Source of the DNA: Monocercomonoides exilis PA203
Taxonomy: Eukaryota; Protista; Preaxostyla
Assembly (NCBI GenBank): GCA_001643675.2
Contig: LSRY02000002.1
Coordinates: 1,860,001 to 1,924,000 of the forward strand
Reading direction: 5' to 3'
Length of the DNA: 64,000 nt
Shown piece by piece: positions 25,801 through 39,015 of this stretch; the stretch's first letter is position 1, and each line of letters begins with the position of its first letter. Both the position numbers and the translations under genes were made by a program. Under the pieces are notes generated by a model that was given only the letters and a program-made list of their open reading frames with translations, did no database searches and was not told the DNA's origin.

Positions 25801-26794
25801 AGAGTCGGCAATTCTCTTCAGGTGATCAGATGTTAGCAGCAAATCGTCTTCCATTTCGGACACGTTTCTCTTTTCTTCTGCTTCTTTGCTCCATTCTTCC
25901 TTTTTTCGGTAGCGTTTTGCATTTTCGTTACAACGCCTTATCGTTTTTTGCAATTCTCTGACGACTTTCTTCTCAGAAGTAGCTTCAACAAGTAGGTTTT
26001 GTTTCATCTGCTCAATCTCAACCAATGTAGGATATGCCTCAGAACAAGCATTTCTCAAATGAAGAAGAAGAAACTCTTGAATGTTCTTTGGTTCTTGACT
26101 AATTTGTTTCGATATTATTGATGTTGGTGAATGCAAGGGAGGAGATAAAGGCATAGCTTTTGTTGGAGTTTGAAGCAATGATGGTGCTTGTTCTTTATCG
26201 GGAGGAACCGTGTTTGTTAGGTCATTATCTGTTGAAGAATGTTGTTCAATAGGTTCTTTTTCATTTGGCTTTGTAGAATTGATTGAGTTAATATGAGGTT
26301 TTTCTTGAACTGGTTCGTTTTCTGTTTGTGATTCGTTTGAGCTGTTGCTGCGAATTTCTTTTTCCTTTAATTGTGGTTTTGTTTCGCGTGCTATAACTTC
26401 TTTATTTTTATCATTTGCTACAATCTTTGTCTGATTATTATTAGTCTTCCTCTCAATTGTTTTCTGATAATTTATTGTTTTAAGTTTTTCCGTCTCTATG
26501 TTATCTTTTGTTTCTTGCTTGGATTTTCCTGTCTGTTGAAGCACGAATTCAAAGGAAATAATGGTTGAATGCAAAAAAGTTATATTTTCAAACTTGAGCT
26601 TTTGCAGGTTGCGAAAGCCTTTTCATTGTTTGAGAGTCAGGAAGTGCAGATAATCTCACTTCATTTTCTGAAATTTTGAGCTTCAATGATTCATAGTTTA
26701 TTTTTTTATTGTTAAAAAATACAAAAAAGAAAATGGAAACGCACTAAATTAACTTTTGATGAAGGTTTTGGGGAACCACTAGAGATTTTTCCAT
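22816..26794 (-). CDS. Large coiled-coil/Ser-rich hypothetical protein with acidic C-terminal tail (small 5' exons; possible extra 3' exon near 22660-22690)
   Basis: 1252-codon ORF with charged coiled-coil blocks, (EEES)n repeats and a poly-E/D tail. The stop overlaps a GTAAGT donor-like site. Confidence 0.7.
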
Positions 26795-26936
26795 TTAAAA
26801 TCTTTGTGTTTGGTGATGTATTTATAGATGAACGTTGTGAGCTTTTAATCAAACTCATAAACTGCTTAAGAAAAGAAAATGGTAAAATATGATCTAAAAA
26901 CTACTTACAAAAATTCAATTTTTCAGCGCTAATGCT

Positions 26937-27591
26937 TCAAAAATGGTTATGTTGTCTTCTTTTCCATTTTTGATAAACAGAAATCATTTCAATAATCATT
27001 TTTTGTGCTTCAGCCTTCAGAGAAGAAAGAGAAGATGAAACATATGGAAAGGCTATTCTCAAAAATAGTGCAGGATCTTCAGCATTGAGTGCCTCGCGAG
27101 AAGCCGATGGCGACAAATGCATAGAAGAAAACTGGTCACGGGACAGAATATCGACGGAAGAATGTTCAAATCTGGAAGAGCTCTTGACGAAATCCTCGCT
27201 CTCTTCACTCAAATCATCGCTTGAATCGCTGCTCTCGCTCTCCACTTCCATTTCTTCCTCCTCGCTTCTTTTTGGAGCTCCCTCAACCAGCATTTTCAAC
27301 CTCATTTTCTCTTCTTTCTTCTCCTCCTCTGCCATCAACGTCTTCTGCTCCGCCTCCAGCCACTCATCATCCACATCGTTGATGCTGTCTCTTTCTGACC
27401 ATACGCTGCTTGCTCGGCTTGTTTGGCGAGACAGTTTGAAAATATGTGAAGGCGAAAGAACTGATGAAGAATCCCTCTCCATTTCTTCTCTTCGCGAGCT
27501 GCTTCCTTTGCTTGGCGCATCCATGTCTCTTGTGGAGTACTTCCCTCTTTGCGTGATCGAAGGGAAACTGGATGAGAAAATAGAAGAGCCC

Positions 27592-27624
<33 letters not shown>

Positions 27625-30600
27625 GTCGTGCATGTGTCCATATCTCCATTTCCTGCATGGCCAATCTGGAACGAGTAATTCATCTGATTGGCTGCAACTG
27701 CATTGGAAGGTGGGGTTGCCTCGCTTTGCAGGGCAGAGCTGGCAGCAGTCGATGGGCGAGAGAGCAGACGAGAAGAGCCGAGATCGAAAGAAGAAGAGTG
27801 GATGAGCCTGGACGAGGCAAGTGGAGCACGCGGAGAGGAAAGCAGTGGCTGGGAAGACGTCATTGGCTCCACAGCTGCGCGGTGCCAGTCAGAAAGACGG
27901 GATGAAGGAGCAGCAGATGCGTTGGTGGAGGTTGTGCGGGATGTGAGCGAAGAGGAGCGATGCCTGTGCAAAGACATCGATGAATTCATGCTCATTCTGC
28001 TGTATGTTGATCTGGATGTTTCAGAAGGAAGATTTGAATTGACACTGTCAGGAGACTGATAGGGCATTGTAGTAGTTGTCATTGAGGTTGCATCTGCATC
28101 TGTCTCTATCTCATTGCTGGATGCATAGCGAGATGATTGTATTCGCTGTATTCTTCCACGCTGGCTGTGCCTTGCTGAAGACGAAGGAATAGAAGAAGAG
28201 GAAGAAGAAGCATTTGAAATATCAGATGATGCCTGTTTGCTTGATGCAGTTGTATCGTCCTCTGCCCACGCGTCTCCGCCAGATGAAGGGAAAAGAAGAG
28301 TGACAGGTGTGGTTGAGGTGGCTGGGCTTGCAGATGCACTTGACAGAGCAGCTGAATTAGAAGAGGCGTTTCGAACGGATTGAAGAGTCGGAAATGTTGT
28401 GATGGGGGACGTAGAGAAAGGCATCCGATAGTTCGTGTTTGGTCGGCGATCGGTTGAGCATTTCAGAGTGAATGATTCGATGCTGCTGCCCGAAGAATCT
28501 GTAGAAGATTGCTCCACTTCCAGATGTGCTGCATTCGATTTCTTTGGCAGTTCTCTTGTTCCTTTCTTTCCCAGACGCTGTATTTCATTTGATGCATTCG
28601 ATGAAGAAGATGTGTTGTATGTCTTTGGTTGTAATGATGTCTCAATGGAAGGCGTAGCATGATTAGTGCTGCTGACTGAGCCTGATCGCATTGTGCTGCC
28701 TATCCCTTCAAATACCGATGGTGTCTGAACAGCTTTCGTTGGACGTTTGCTCACTTGCTCTTTATTCTGGTTTGTTGAGGTTGTATTCTTTTGCGGAAGG
28801 AAAGGAGGAGGAAGTCTTTGCCGTGAGGATGGTAAAGAACCATATCTTGGTGTTTCATTGGGTGTATTTGATTCTCCAATTTTTGAGATAGAAGAGCGAA
28901 ACCGTGTATCTTCATCTTCGTTTGTGTTTCTGTCGAAGCGAGCGCTCTCAGCAATGCTGTTCTCATTCTCTCCATTGACTGTCTCTCCAAAGGTCACCAC
29001 AACCGGCCGTGTTGATGTTGCATCAAAAAGTTGAGTGGAGAATGTGGCAGCTGCTTCTTCAGACGCAGGTGTAGTGGCATAATTCGAAGAAGAGTTATTC
29101 ATCTGTGAACTTACACTCACACTGGAGCGTGGTGTGCTTAAGCTCAGTCTTTTTGAAGCTGGCCGTGAATGACTCGATGTCAGTGGATACTCAGCCTGGT
29201 CAGCCAGCGATGCAGCACCCACAAAGGGATTGGTGTGTGTGCTGAGTGGACGTGTGGATGAGTGCAGCCGAAGCGGAGGAACAACTCCAGCCAGGCTGTG
29301 TGGACGAGATGTTCCCCGTGCGAAAGAATTTCTTGAAGAAGGAGGAGAGCTGGAGGAATATGACGAAGAGGAGGGAGAAGATAGATCCATTGAGGATGTG
29401 TTGAGTGCTGTGTTGTTGGAAGGCTGAAGAGGAGCTGAGTATTTCGAAGGAAGAGAAACAGTCTCGCCGAGCGGTGCAACATTCGAGGCGACAGAAAATG
29501 GATTGACAGAAGAGGCCTTTTTGGAGGACAGTGAGTATCTCTTGCTGTTGATGGTGGGAGAGGTGAAAGGAGACATCAGAGTGGGCGAGCAGTCTGAAAG
29601 AGGCGAATCTGGTTGAGAGAAGAAAGACAAGGGAGACGAAGGCGATGTGTTGGCTTCTCTGTTTGGTGCGCGGATGACCTGGACGATTGTGGAAGTGCCT
29701 GATGAAAGTGGAAGAGGAGGCACTTCTTCTGTTGAATGATGGGGTGATTGTTGTGAGAGAGTGGCAGGTGGATAGCCGTTGAGCTTGCGGATGGGAGATG
29801 GCACATTCACAGAAGGAATGAGGAGATTTGGCTGTGTGGCAGTCTGTTCTGAAGGAGGAGGAGGAGTAGAAGAAGGGGACGAGGCAATAGCAAAAGTGTC
29901 AGAAGTTCTGTTGAATGAAGAGGAAGAAGAAGAAGAAGTCTCAGATGAAGCAGGAGAAGATGCCAATGCTGATGATGATGGAATGACCATAGAAGAGTTC
30001 ATAGAAGGCTTTGGCTGAGAAGCACATATGAGAGCTTGTGGTGGGTGTTTGACAGGAGATGCTTTGTCCAGCTGCTCCAAGCAATGTGAAAGCAGATTGG
30101 CAGAAAACGAGCAGAAGAGCTGGAGAAGCAAGCAGCGTTGAAGAAGAACAGTAGGCAGAACTGTAAAAGACGAACGCAAAATGTGCGGCGCCTCGTCGTT
30201 TCTTTGATTGGACGTCGAAAAAGAAGAGCTTAAAAATGAAGAACTAAACATCATTGAAGGCATATTTGATGTATTGTGTGAGTGTGCTTTCAACTGCTTC
30301 TTCCTTTCCATTTCCTCTTTCTTCTTCTGCCGCTCTGCTTTCCTCTCAGAGCGCCAGCAGTCCATGACAGAAAGCGAGGCTCTTGCAAGAAGAAGCAGCA
30401 GGCGCACAGCCAGTGGCATTGGATGAGGAGGGCAAAGATAAGCAGCAGATGGGGCGATTGTCTTCCAACGTGCACAGACAGAAGAAAGAGTGTGGAGGAC
30501 AATGACACCGTTGTCACCGAAGCAGAGTGGAGACAAATAGCTCGGCTGAGGAGGGGATGGGTGTGGGGAGTCAGTTGAGATTAGTGTGTGATTGGAAGAA

Positions 30601-32987
30601 GAAAATGAAGAGGAAGTGGAAGAAGAGGAGGAGGAAGAGGATGAAGTGTTAGTGATTTCAGCAGATGTTGATGTGGCTGAGAAGGAAGATGGTGTTGTTG
30701 TGAAATGAGAGTTTGGATGTGGAGGAGATGGTGTTGTAACAGAAACAGAAGAAGAAGAAGAAGAAGAAGTTGATGATGATGATGATGATGAAGGTGTTGT
30801 TTGTGCAGTGGTTGTTGTTAAAGAGTGAAATGAATTATGTAACAGTGAAGGTTTATCCAAGTCTTCTGAGATATTCTTTTCCTTTTGGGCAGATTGGCAG
30901 TAAATGCAGTAGTTTTTGATCATCCTCCGGAGCATACTCAGCATTTGTGCCTCGTCTTTTCCAAGCAGAGCAGAGCAGTCACGATACGATAGAAGTGTGG
31001 CTGTGGGTGAGTTATGATCCAACTGAGTGTGTTGCTGAGGCATCCCCTCTGCAACAGACGTGGTTGTCAACGGGTCAATCGCAGCTGACAGGATTTTTGT
31101 GAGCAGCACATCTGGAAGCAGAGAAAACAGCGATGTGGAGGAGATGGCTGAAGGGGTGCCTCCAATCAGCTGGAACGGGCGGGTGTGTGTGCGTGGGCGG
31201 TACTCGCTGAGTCCGTAGTGTTCGTGTGGTGTGGGTGAGGTGGATGGTGATAAGTCGGTGGAGTGATGTTGGGAAGAGTTGTGAGTCGAAGGAGAGCTGC
31301 TGGGCGACAAAGGAGAAGGTGCTTGTGATTGTGCTTGTGACTGTTTCTTGTCAGACACATGTGCGGATGAAGAACCAGAAGTGGTGCTTCCGCTTCTGTT
31401 GGATGCGCTTCTTTGATTCATGATTGCTTTTCGTCTGTCTCTCTGCAAGAAGAAGAGAGAGGATGAAAGTGACTCATCGCCTGGTGTGATTTGCGTGTCT
31501 GTCGTTGGCACAACAGGACTTTCAAGCATCGTTTTGGCCTTCACACAGAAGTTGAGAAGCACTTTGAGCACTTTAACGTTGAGGTGTATGGTGTTTGGTG
31601 AAGTGGCTGGTGTTGGTTTGTGGAGTGAAAGAGAAGAAGATGAAGGAGATTGTCTGGGAAGTGAAATGTTATGTTTGTTGGCTGTGTCATTTGACGGTTG
31701 TGTTGAGATGTTATCTTTGAAGTGGAATACTTGGTTTAGATCAACATTGATTCCTGTACCGAGAAAAAGCATAGAAAAAGCATGGGAAAACAAGGAATGA
31801 TTCAGAAGTGCAAGGCAAAGGTTGCATTGACATGATTGAGAAAGTGAAGTGGGGAAAAAAGAGGTGCTGGGTTTGTGTGTGTAATGTTTTGAGAGATTTT
31901 CTTGTTGAAATTCTGGTTGCGTTTCTTTGCTTGTTGCTTGAGAAGTCGATTTTCTGCAACTGGAAGAGTTTATTTTTTGTGGGATTTGATTTTGTGGGTA
32001 TTTAATATGCGGATTATTTCTTTCAGGAGATTCAAGAAGCAGAGAAGAAGCTGGATCGGTTTCTGAAAATGAAACAGATGTTGTGGATTTGGAAGGTAAA
32101 TATGGATCGGTAACCGAAAGAAGTGTTGTTGAAGTGGAATCTGAATAGAAATTGTTTGTAGAGTTTTTTGTTGTTGTCTTTTGTAATGTCACAAAATTCG
32201 AATCAACAGAAGTGCTGTAATGCAATGAATACAAACACAACATCATGCGCTTCGAAAATGTGATATTCAAGTGAACGTTTGAAGATCCCCACTCATCATC
32301 AATTTTCTCTGTGTTATCGTTTTGCAAAATATGCTGTAACTTCAAAATCGAACGAGGAGATGGAAAGCAGTAGAAATAAAACAGTGAAAGAGATTGCCGC
32401 GAATATTCAGGCAAAACAGCAAAGAAGCAATCGCACAAAGCACAAGGGTTTCCCGGAAAGCAATTCGGTTCTGCTGACTGGATTCCCAACAGACGCTTAT
32501 TATCGATTGAATGCTGCAACTCAACTTTATGAATTGATTTAAGTCCATTTATTTTTTCTTGTAAATATTTTGTACTAAATGGAGAAAGTTCAAGTGATTT
32601 CAAAAAGTAATTTTCCATTGAATAAAGAACTTCTAATGATTTTCTAGCTGTCGATGTTTTTCTTTGCAAAGAATTTTTCATTCGAAATTCAATTATTTTT
32701 GAGAGCTTTGCTTTCCAAAATGATTTAAGATTGAATGAATTATGATATCTCCAGCATGGACTTTGTGAAATTTCAACAAGATGGAGAAAATCATATCGCA
32801 CGTTATTGTCCAAAACATATGATTTTGATGCTGAGTCTATCAGAGATAAAGCAAAATATGGAATTGAAGATGAGGAAAATTCGCCACATTCAAGAAATGT
32901 TTGTTCTTGCCGGGGTTCAACTGGGATAACATGACCCGCTTGCAAAACATCAAACACTTTTAAAATTTGAATGAAGTCTTCCTCCAT
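26937..32987 (-). CDS. 2016-aa Ser-rich protein with interrupted F-box-like motif
   Basis: Single long ORF. LPDVLLTKILS and LHTLSSVCARWKTIA match the two halves of an F-box. Confidence 0.7.
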
Positions 32988-33111
32988 CTTCCGAGGTAAA
33001 GGATAATCCCCGCGAAAATCTTAAAAAATCTTTATGATCAATTATTCAGTCAATTAAGGGAAGTGTTCAATTATCGAACAATAAGGGTATTTATGATCTG
33101 AAAATTGGAAA

Positions 33112-33855
33112 ATGGCAGATTCATCTCGTATTCACTTAAAAGCGTTGTTTGATTTCGAGGCCCGTGTACCAAATGAGCTTACATTCAAGGAGGGTGATAT
33201 TATTATCCTAATTGATAAACATGAAAGCGGAATGTGGAAAGGTGAATTGAGCGGGCAGATCGGGCTGTTTCCATACAATTTTGTTGGGGAAATTAAAGAT
33301 GGAGATACTGGTGGAGCTGTTTGATTATTTCAATATTTTTCGTATTTTCTAACTTTAGACAATATTTTTGTTTGCAACAATCAATTTTCTTTTATTCTTG
33401 TATTTAGGGAGGGCCAGCGGATACTACTCCTGGAATTACTGAAGGTTGGCTTACCAAGCAAGGTCATATTAGAAAAAATTGGAAGAGAAGATGGTTTGTC
33501 CTGCGAGGAACCACACTGTATTATTATGCCAAAAAGGTTTATATTAATAATTACGAGCATAATTTAAATAACATTTGGGTAAACTTTTTATAACTGTGTA
33601 ATTTAGGAAGATAAAAAGGAGAAAGGTTTCATTCAACTTCCTGGATATATTATGGAAAATGCAAACGATGTAACTGGAAAGCTTCATTCTTTCCATCTTT
33701 TAAATCCTTCGAATCCAAAGAAAAAGCAATTCTACATCCATGCAGACAATGCTTTAGACTTACAAGGATGGACAAAAACCATTGAGGTTTGAAGCTTTTG
33801 TTTCAAATAAATGAAAATTAATATTTATTGTTGTTAGGCTGCTGCAAAGCAATGA
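33112..33855 (+). CDS. Small SH3 + PH domain adaptor protein (4 exons, ~175 aa)
   Basis: ALFDF...ELTFKEGD...WKGEL.GQIGLFPYNFV (SH3); spliced EGWLTKQGHIRKNWKRRWFVL...FYIHAD...WTKTIE (PH). Confidence 0.92.
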
Positions 33856-34300
33856 TATTTCTTTATTTTCATATGGAGATGTTTTTATTTTATTAATTAT
33901 TTTCAATTCAATTTTCGCAAACTTATCTTTGAAGCATTTCATTAGTCTTATTAATTTAGAATACTTTTAAGTTATTCTTCCTCGTTCTGAGGTAATTCAT
34001 TTCACTGTACTTAATTCTGAGTTATTGTTAGTAATTAAAGTTTTATATTGCAACTTTCTTTATTGTGAATCTTTATGATATGTTTCTGAACTGTTTTTAT
34101 ATTTTTTGAATAAGTATTATATCAGAGTCAACAAACAAAATTCAAGTTTTATCATCAAATATAATTATATCAATCGTATTTTTGCACAAAATCTTCGAAA
34201 AGACAATGAGAAAACCTGAAGCTGTTGAACCATAAAAACAAAAAAGAAGTAAGCAAACCATATTGTGTCCCCCTGTTTATTCTTTTGTTCCGTCCTCGTG

Positions 34301-37300
34301 ATGCAGAAACTTTCGTTTCTTGAAAATCCGAGTGCTCCATCGAAGGTTTCATTGGATCTCAAATTCCAGGACTTTCATCCCGCGTTTGCTCCTGGAGCTT
34401 TTTTTCATCCTGTATGATACTTATTTTTTCATTGAGCAAAACTTCAAGAGAAACTTGTGATCATTGTTTTTTTTATTGCAGGACATGCTTCAATATCCTT
34501 CCTCTTATAGGGCACAAACATATTTTCCTGATGTTGTTCCTCAGTATCCAGGGGCGATTCAAATGGGAGGGGGTCAAATTTTTGGATATCCTCAAATTGT
34601 ACACTCTCAGTTTGTTGTTAATGCATATTTCTTTTGGATTAATTGTATGTTTTGTAGTAAAACCAACAATTTCGGAAGCGATTATCAGTATAAATTTGGA
34701 TCTTTTGAACAAATTGAAACTGATGAGCGTCGATTAATGCAACGAAGCAAACAAATTGACTATGGAAAAAATACAATTGGCTATCAGCGATACTTGCAAT
34801 TTGTTCCAAAGTTTGGAAAATTTTTATTTAAATATCGCTTTTACAAATAAAAAAATAAAATTGTAATTTTCAAAAAAAAAATACTACAACGAACGTTGAT
34901 TTTTCTGCGCATTTAGAGAGGAAAGAGATCCCAAACGTCATGCAACAACTCCTGATATTTTTCGGAAATGTTCAAAAAGGGCTTTTGATCAAATGGTTCG
35001 GAGATGGAGATTATTTTTGCACACATATGATGATCCTGATGCTCCTGTATGAATTAAATTTAATTATCATTTTTCTTTTTCATTAACTTTTTATGAAATC
35101 GTTGTATTTGTTTTTGTTTGAATTTATTTTCAGTTTGATGATCCATTTTGCTCAGAAGCATATAAAGGAGAAGACAGAGAAGCTGAAAAAGAGAATTCAA
35201 AGCATTCTTCTGACAATTCATCTTCTCAACCTCCAGCGCAGTCATCAGCTTCTCATTCAGCAGACGTTCCATCATCTGCCTCTTATCAAAGCACTCATAA
35301 TTTTTCATCCCCACATAAAAAGACAGGAGAATCCCGTTTGATGGCGCTTTTGCCTGCTTCACAAAAGCAGAGCATGTCTTTGTCTTCCCCCATTACTTTG
35401 GCTGCATCAACACATACTTCACCACAGCCAACTCAGCCATCCAAGCCATCTCAGCCGAGTCAGTCAGAATTTGCAGGAAGCAGCCAGTCAAACGGAGCCT
35501 CGTGTGATGCCTCTCCTGCGTCTGTGTCAATAAAGCATGACAATTCATTCTTCCCTCAGTTGACACCTGCTGCCTCTGCTTTGTCTCAGACTGCACAGTC
35601 AAGCATGTCAAGTGCAACGGCTGTGACTGCATCTACTGTCTCATCGGCAGATGTGTCATCGCCTTCTTCTTCTTCTTCCTCTTCCTCTTCATCTTCATCT
35701 TCATCTTCATCTTATTCACATTCATCAAACACACAATCCACGCCATCCTCCTCTTCCTCCTCTTCTGCTTCTTCTTCTCGTTTCACACCCAGCTCCTTCT
35801 CTTCTCCTTTTCACCCTTCTTCTGTCACTCACTATTCAGACACCTCTGCCAGCTCTGTCTTTCCTTATCCTTCTCCTTTCTCCTCTTCTGCTCGCACTGC
35901 CCCGTCTGTCTTGTCTTTGCAGTCTTCTCTTTCAACCACTGCCTCTACGTTTTTCCCCAGTTCTCGCTACAAGTCAGTACTTAACACTCCCTTGGCTGCT
36001 ACTTGTCCTTCATCTCTGATATCTGCTAATTCATCTTCCACATCGTCATCTTCTTCTTCCTCCTCTTCCTCTTCCTCTTCTTCCAATTCTGGTATTTCTG
36101 CTTCTCCCTCTCTTTCCCTTTCATCTTCTTCTTCTGTCTCAGCTCCTTTATCCACTTCATCCTATTCTGCCCCTTTAGCTGCATCATCCCACAACCACGA
36201 CATCCTCTCCCAGTCATTCGCCACTCCGCAGCCTTCTTTCTATTCACGCATCGCATCTCAATCGTTCCCTTTGTCTTTCTACTCTGAGCCTCGCCCGTTC
36301 ATGTCCCGCCCTGATTCCTACCCCCACCAGCTGTCTCACCCTCACTTCTCCCACCCGTACGACTCCACATCGCTCTACTTCTCTTCTCAGAACCCTCTCC
36401 AATCTCCAATCTCGTCTGTTGTCTCTTCTTCCCCCGCACCTTCGGCTTCAGACTCATCATTCTCCATCGGCCTTCCTGTGCTTTCACAGGACTTGCCAAC
36501 TGCAGTAGCTACTCCTCAGTCAAATGCCTCTTCAAAGTCTTCTTCTCAGTTGTCTTCTCTGAACTCTCTGATGCCGTCACATTCAGACAAACGCTTGCGG
36601 TCTGATTCTTCTTCTCCTCTTGCACGCACCACTTCCCCTACCTGTTTGACAAAGAACAGCGTTTCTCCTTCTCCTCCTCTCCACTTCACCCCTCTCAATC
36701 GCACTGCTCCTGTACAAAGGCAGATTGCTCAGCAGCCTCTGCAGTTAGACGGAGTATCACGTTTTCTTCCACTCACTCCAACATCTCCTGCTTCTCCGTC
36801 TTCTATTTCTCCGTCTTCTCCTTCGCCTCCTTCCTTCTCGCAGCGGATAGATGATCGCAATGCAATGACAGACATATTTGCCCGTCAGCCATTTTCAGAA
36901 GGAAGTAATCAAGCACAAATGACCAATCCTTATTATTCGCTCTCTCCACCATCAGCATATCCAGTTGACCCGCTCTGTGACTCTGTTGACGATGGAATGG
37001 TGCAGGCTGCACTCAGCCAGCCGCTTGCTTCATCATCTGCAGAGGCACAAGAGATGTATGATGAGCTGTTCACAGCTGTAACACCTCAGAGGCAATATTC
37101 GGATCTTACTCCTTCCACTCCTCCTCAGTTTGCTGCTGCTGCTTCTTCGACTCCTTCTTCTGCTTCTTCTTCTTCTTCTTCTTCAAGTTGTTCGACCACT
37201 TCATCCTCTTCAACTTCCTCTTCTTCTTCTTCCATTGCTTCTTCTATTTCTTCCGCATTCTCTCTGAATCCCTCCTCTTTTTCAACTCCCGCCACTTCAT

Positions 37301-38289
37301 CAAACATTTCTTCATCATCATCGTCTTCTTCTTCCTCTTCTTCTTCTCCGTCCTCTGTTTCCTCTGCTCGCGAAAGGCACATTTCAGACAGCGCAGAAGA
37401 GCTGCCAGATTTGATGCAGGCAGACTTATACACAGACACCAAAGGGGATCAATTGGAAGATGTGGATGAGCAGTCAATTCAGCAGCAGTCGCCTTTTGCA
37501 TTCACAACTACGTTCATCCCTCGCATGAGGCGTGTTGTTGTGGATGCTCCTAGTTCTTTTCAATCTTCTTCTTCTTCTGATCCTTCTTCCTCCTCCTCCT
37601 CCTCCTCTGATCCTTCTTCTAATCTTTCTAATCCTTCTGTTATTTCGACACCAACTGCTGCTAATGCTACATTGCCTCTCTCTGTAATGACCACCCCCTT
37701 GGTGCCTAATTCTTCTCTTTCTATTTCTGCTTCGATGAACCCTTCAATATCTTCCTCTTTGTCCTCTATTTCTCCTCCTTCCTCTTCCTCCTCCTCGTTT
37801 TCTGCTTCTTCCACACCTCCGATTTCTTCCCCTTCCTTTTTCTCGTCTGACCCAACCGAAGTGTATCCTCAGAATTACTCTTCCTTATTCTCCACACCCA
37901 CAAAGCATCCATCAGACACATCAAGCTCTGTTGGATCTGCTCGTGTTCTCTCTTCACACACTCCATCAAAAACTGCTGGCTCGCTTACTCTTTCACCGAT
38001 AATAAGTGCGTCGCTGAACTATTCCTTTTCTCCTTCGTTTCAGTCGGCTGCTGATCCGCCTGATTTGTACCCGTCTTCCATTCTTTTATCTCCCATTTTG
38101 TCTCCTTTGTCTTCCTCTCACGCACAACGCAGCTCTGAAGAGTTTAAAGAAGTCACAAGTTCTACTGAGCCCTCTAATATTCTCATGGGCTCTCCTCTCC
38201 CACAGCTAACTTTATCTTCCAGACCATCGTCCCCTTCTTTTACGTTCTCAACAGAAACTCCTCATGTTAATCGTGTGGATGGGTTTTAG
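34301..38289 (+). CDS. SLBP: Histone RNA stem-loop-binding protein with ~1050-aa Ser-rich C-terminal extension (exons 34301-34411, 34482-34609, 34658-34810, 34917-35046, 35134-38289)
   Basis: ETDERRLMQRSKQIDYGKNTIGYQRYLQFVPK...HATTPD...SKRAFDQMVRRWRLFLHTYD is the SLBP RNA-binding domain. Phase-0 intron 35047-35133 joins it in frame to the 35338-38289 ORF. Confidence 0.88.
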
Positions 38290-38653
38290 GAAAATTACAA
38301 CTTCAATGATTGTTTTTGAAATCATAAAAAGGAATTTATTTTTCAGTTTTGTTTTGTTTATTTTGAAGAAAGGCTTTTCTAAAAGCCAATTATTTTCTAA
38401 TTTTTTTTTCTTATTTTATAAAACATTAAATTCAGGGGAAATGTAGTTTTTATTTTTGTAACAATACTTTTAAAAAATATAAAGTATATTGAAATTATTT
38501 ATCAAAGTTACACCAAAAAATGTTCAAATTTAAAAGCTTTCATTCAAATTGAATATTATTATTCTTTTATGCAATTTCAAAAAAAAAAAAGTGAAAATTA
38601 TTGGTTTTCTTCAATGCTCTTTTCAAATGCAAATGATTTTTTCAAGTGTGATT

Positions 38654-39015
38654 GTGAGGGAAAAAACCCGCACAAGGGAAAAAACCCGCACACATGACAT
38701 TTTCTTTAGAATTAATCAATCAATTTCATATATGTGGAAGATTATTGCATTTTAAGTCTTCCACAAACTTCTTTTAGTCCAATATTTCGTATTTCAATAA
38801 AAAAATCAAAAACAAAAAATTTTGATCTTTTTTGATCTTTTGATCAATATTTTTTGTTTTTGATTTTTTTATTGAAATACGAAATATTGGACTAAAAGAA
38901 GTTTGTGGAAGACTTAAAATGCAATAATCTTCCACATATATGAAATTGATTGATTAATTCTAAAGAAAATGTCATGTGTGCGGGTTTTTTCCCTTGTGTG
39001 GGTTTTTTCCCTCAC
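38654..39015. mobile_element. MITE/foldback-like non-autonomous element (362-bp near-perfect palindrome)
   Basis: 167-bp arms (38654-38820 and 38849-39015) are reverse complements with one mismatch. Each end carries two tandem GGGAAAAAACCC(G/A)CACA units. No credible coding region and no clear TSD. Confidence 0.7.

Noticed and set aside
38654-38692. Tandem 17-bp units as a CRISPR or telomeric repeat
   Set aside because: Only two units per end, no spacers, and they form the ends of an inverted repeat in a eukaryotic context.
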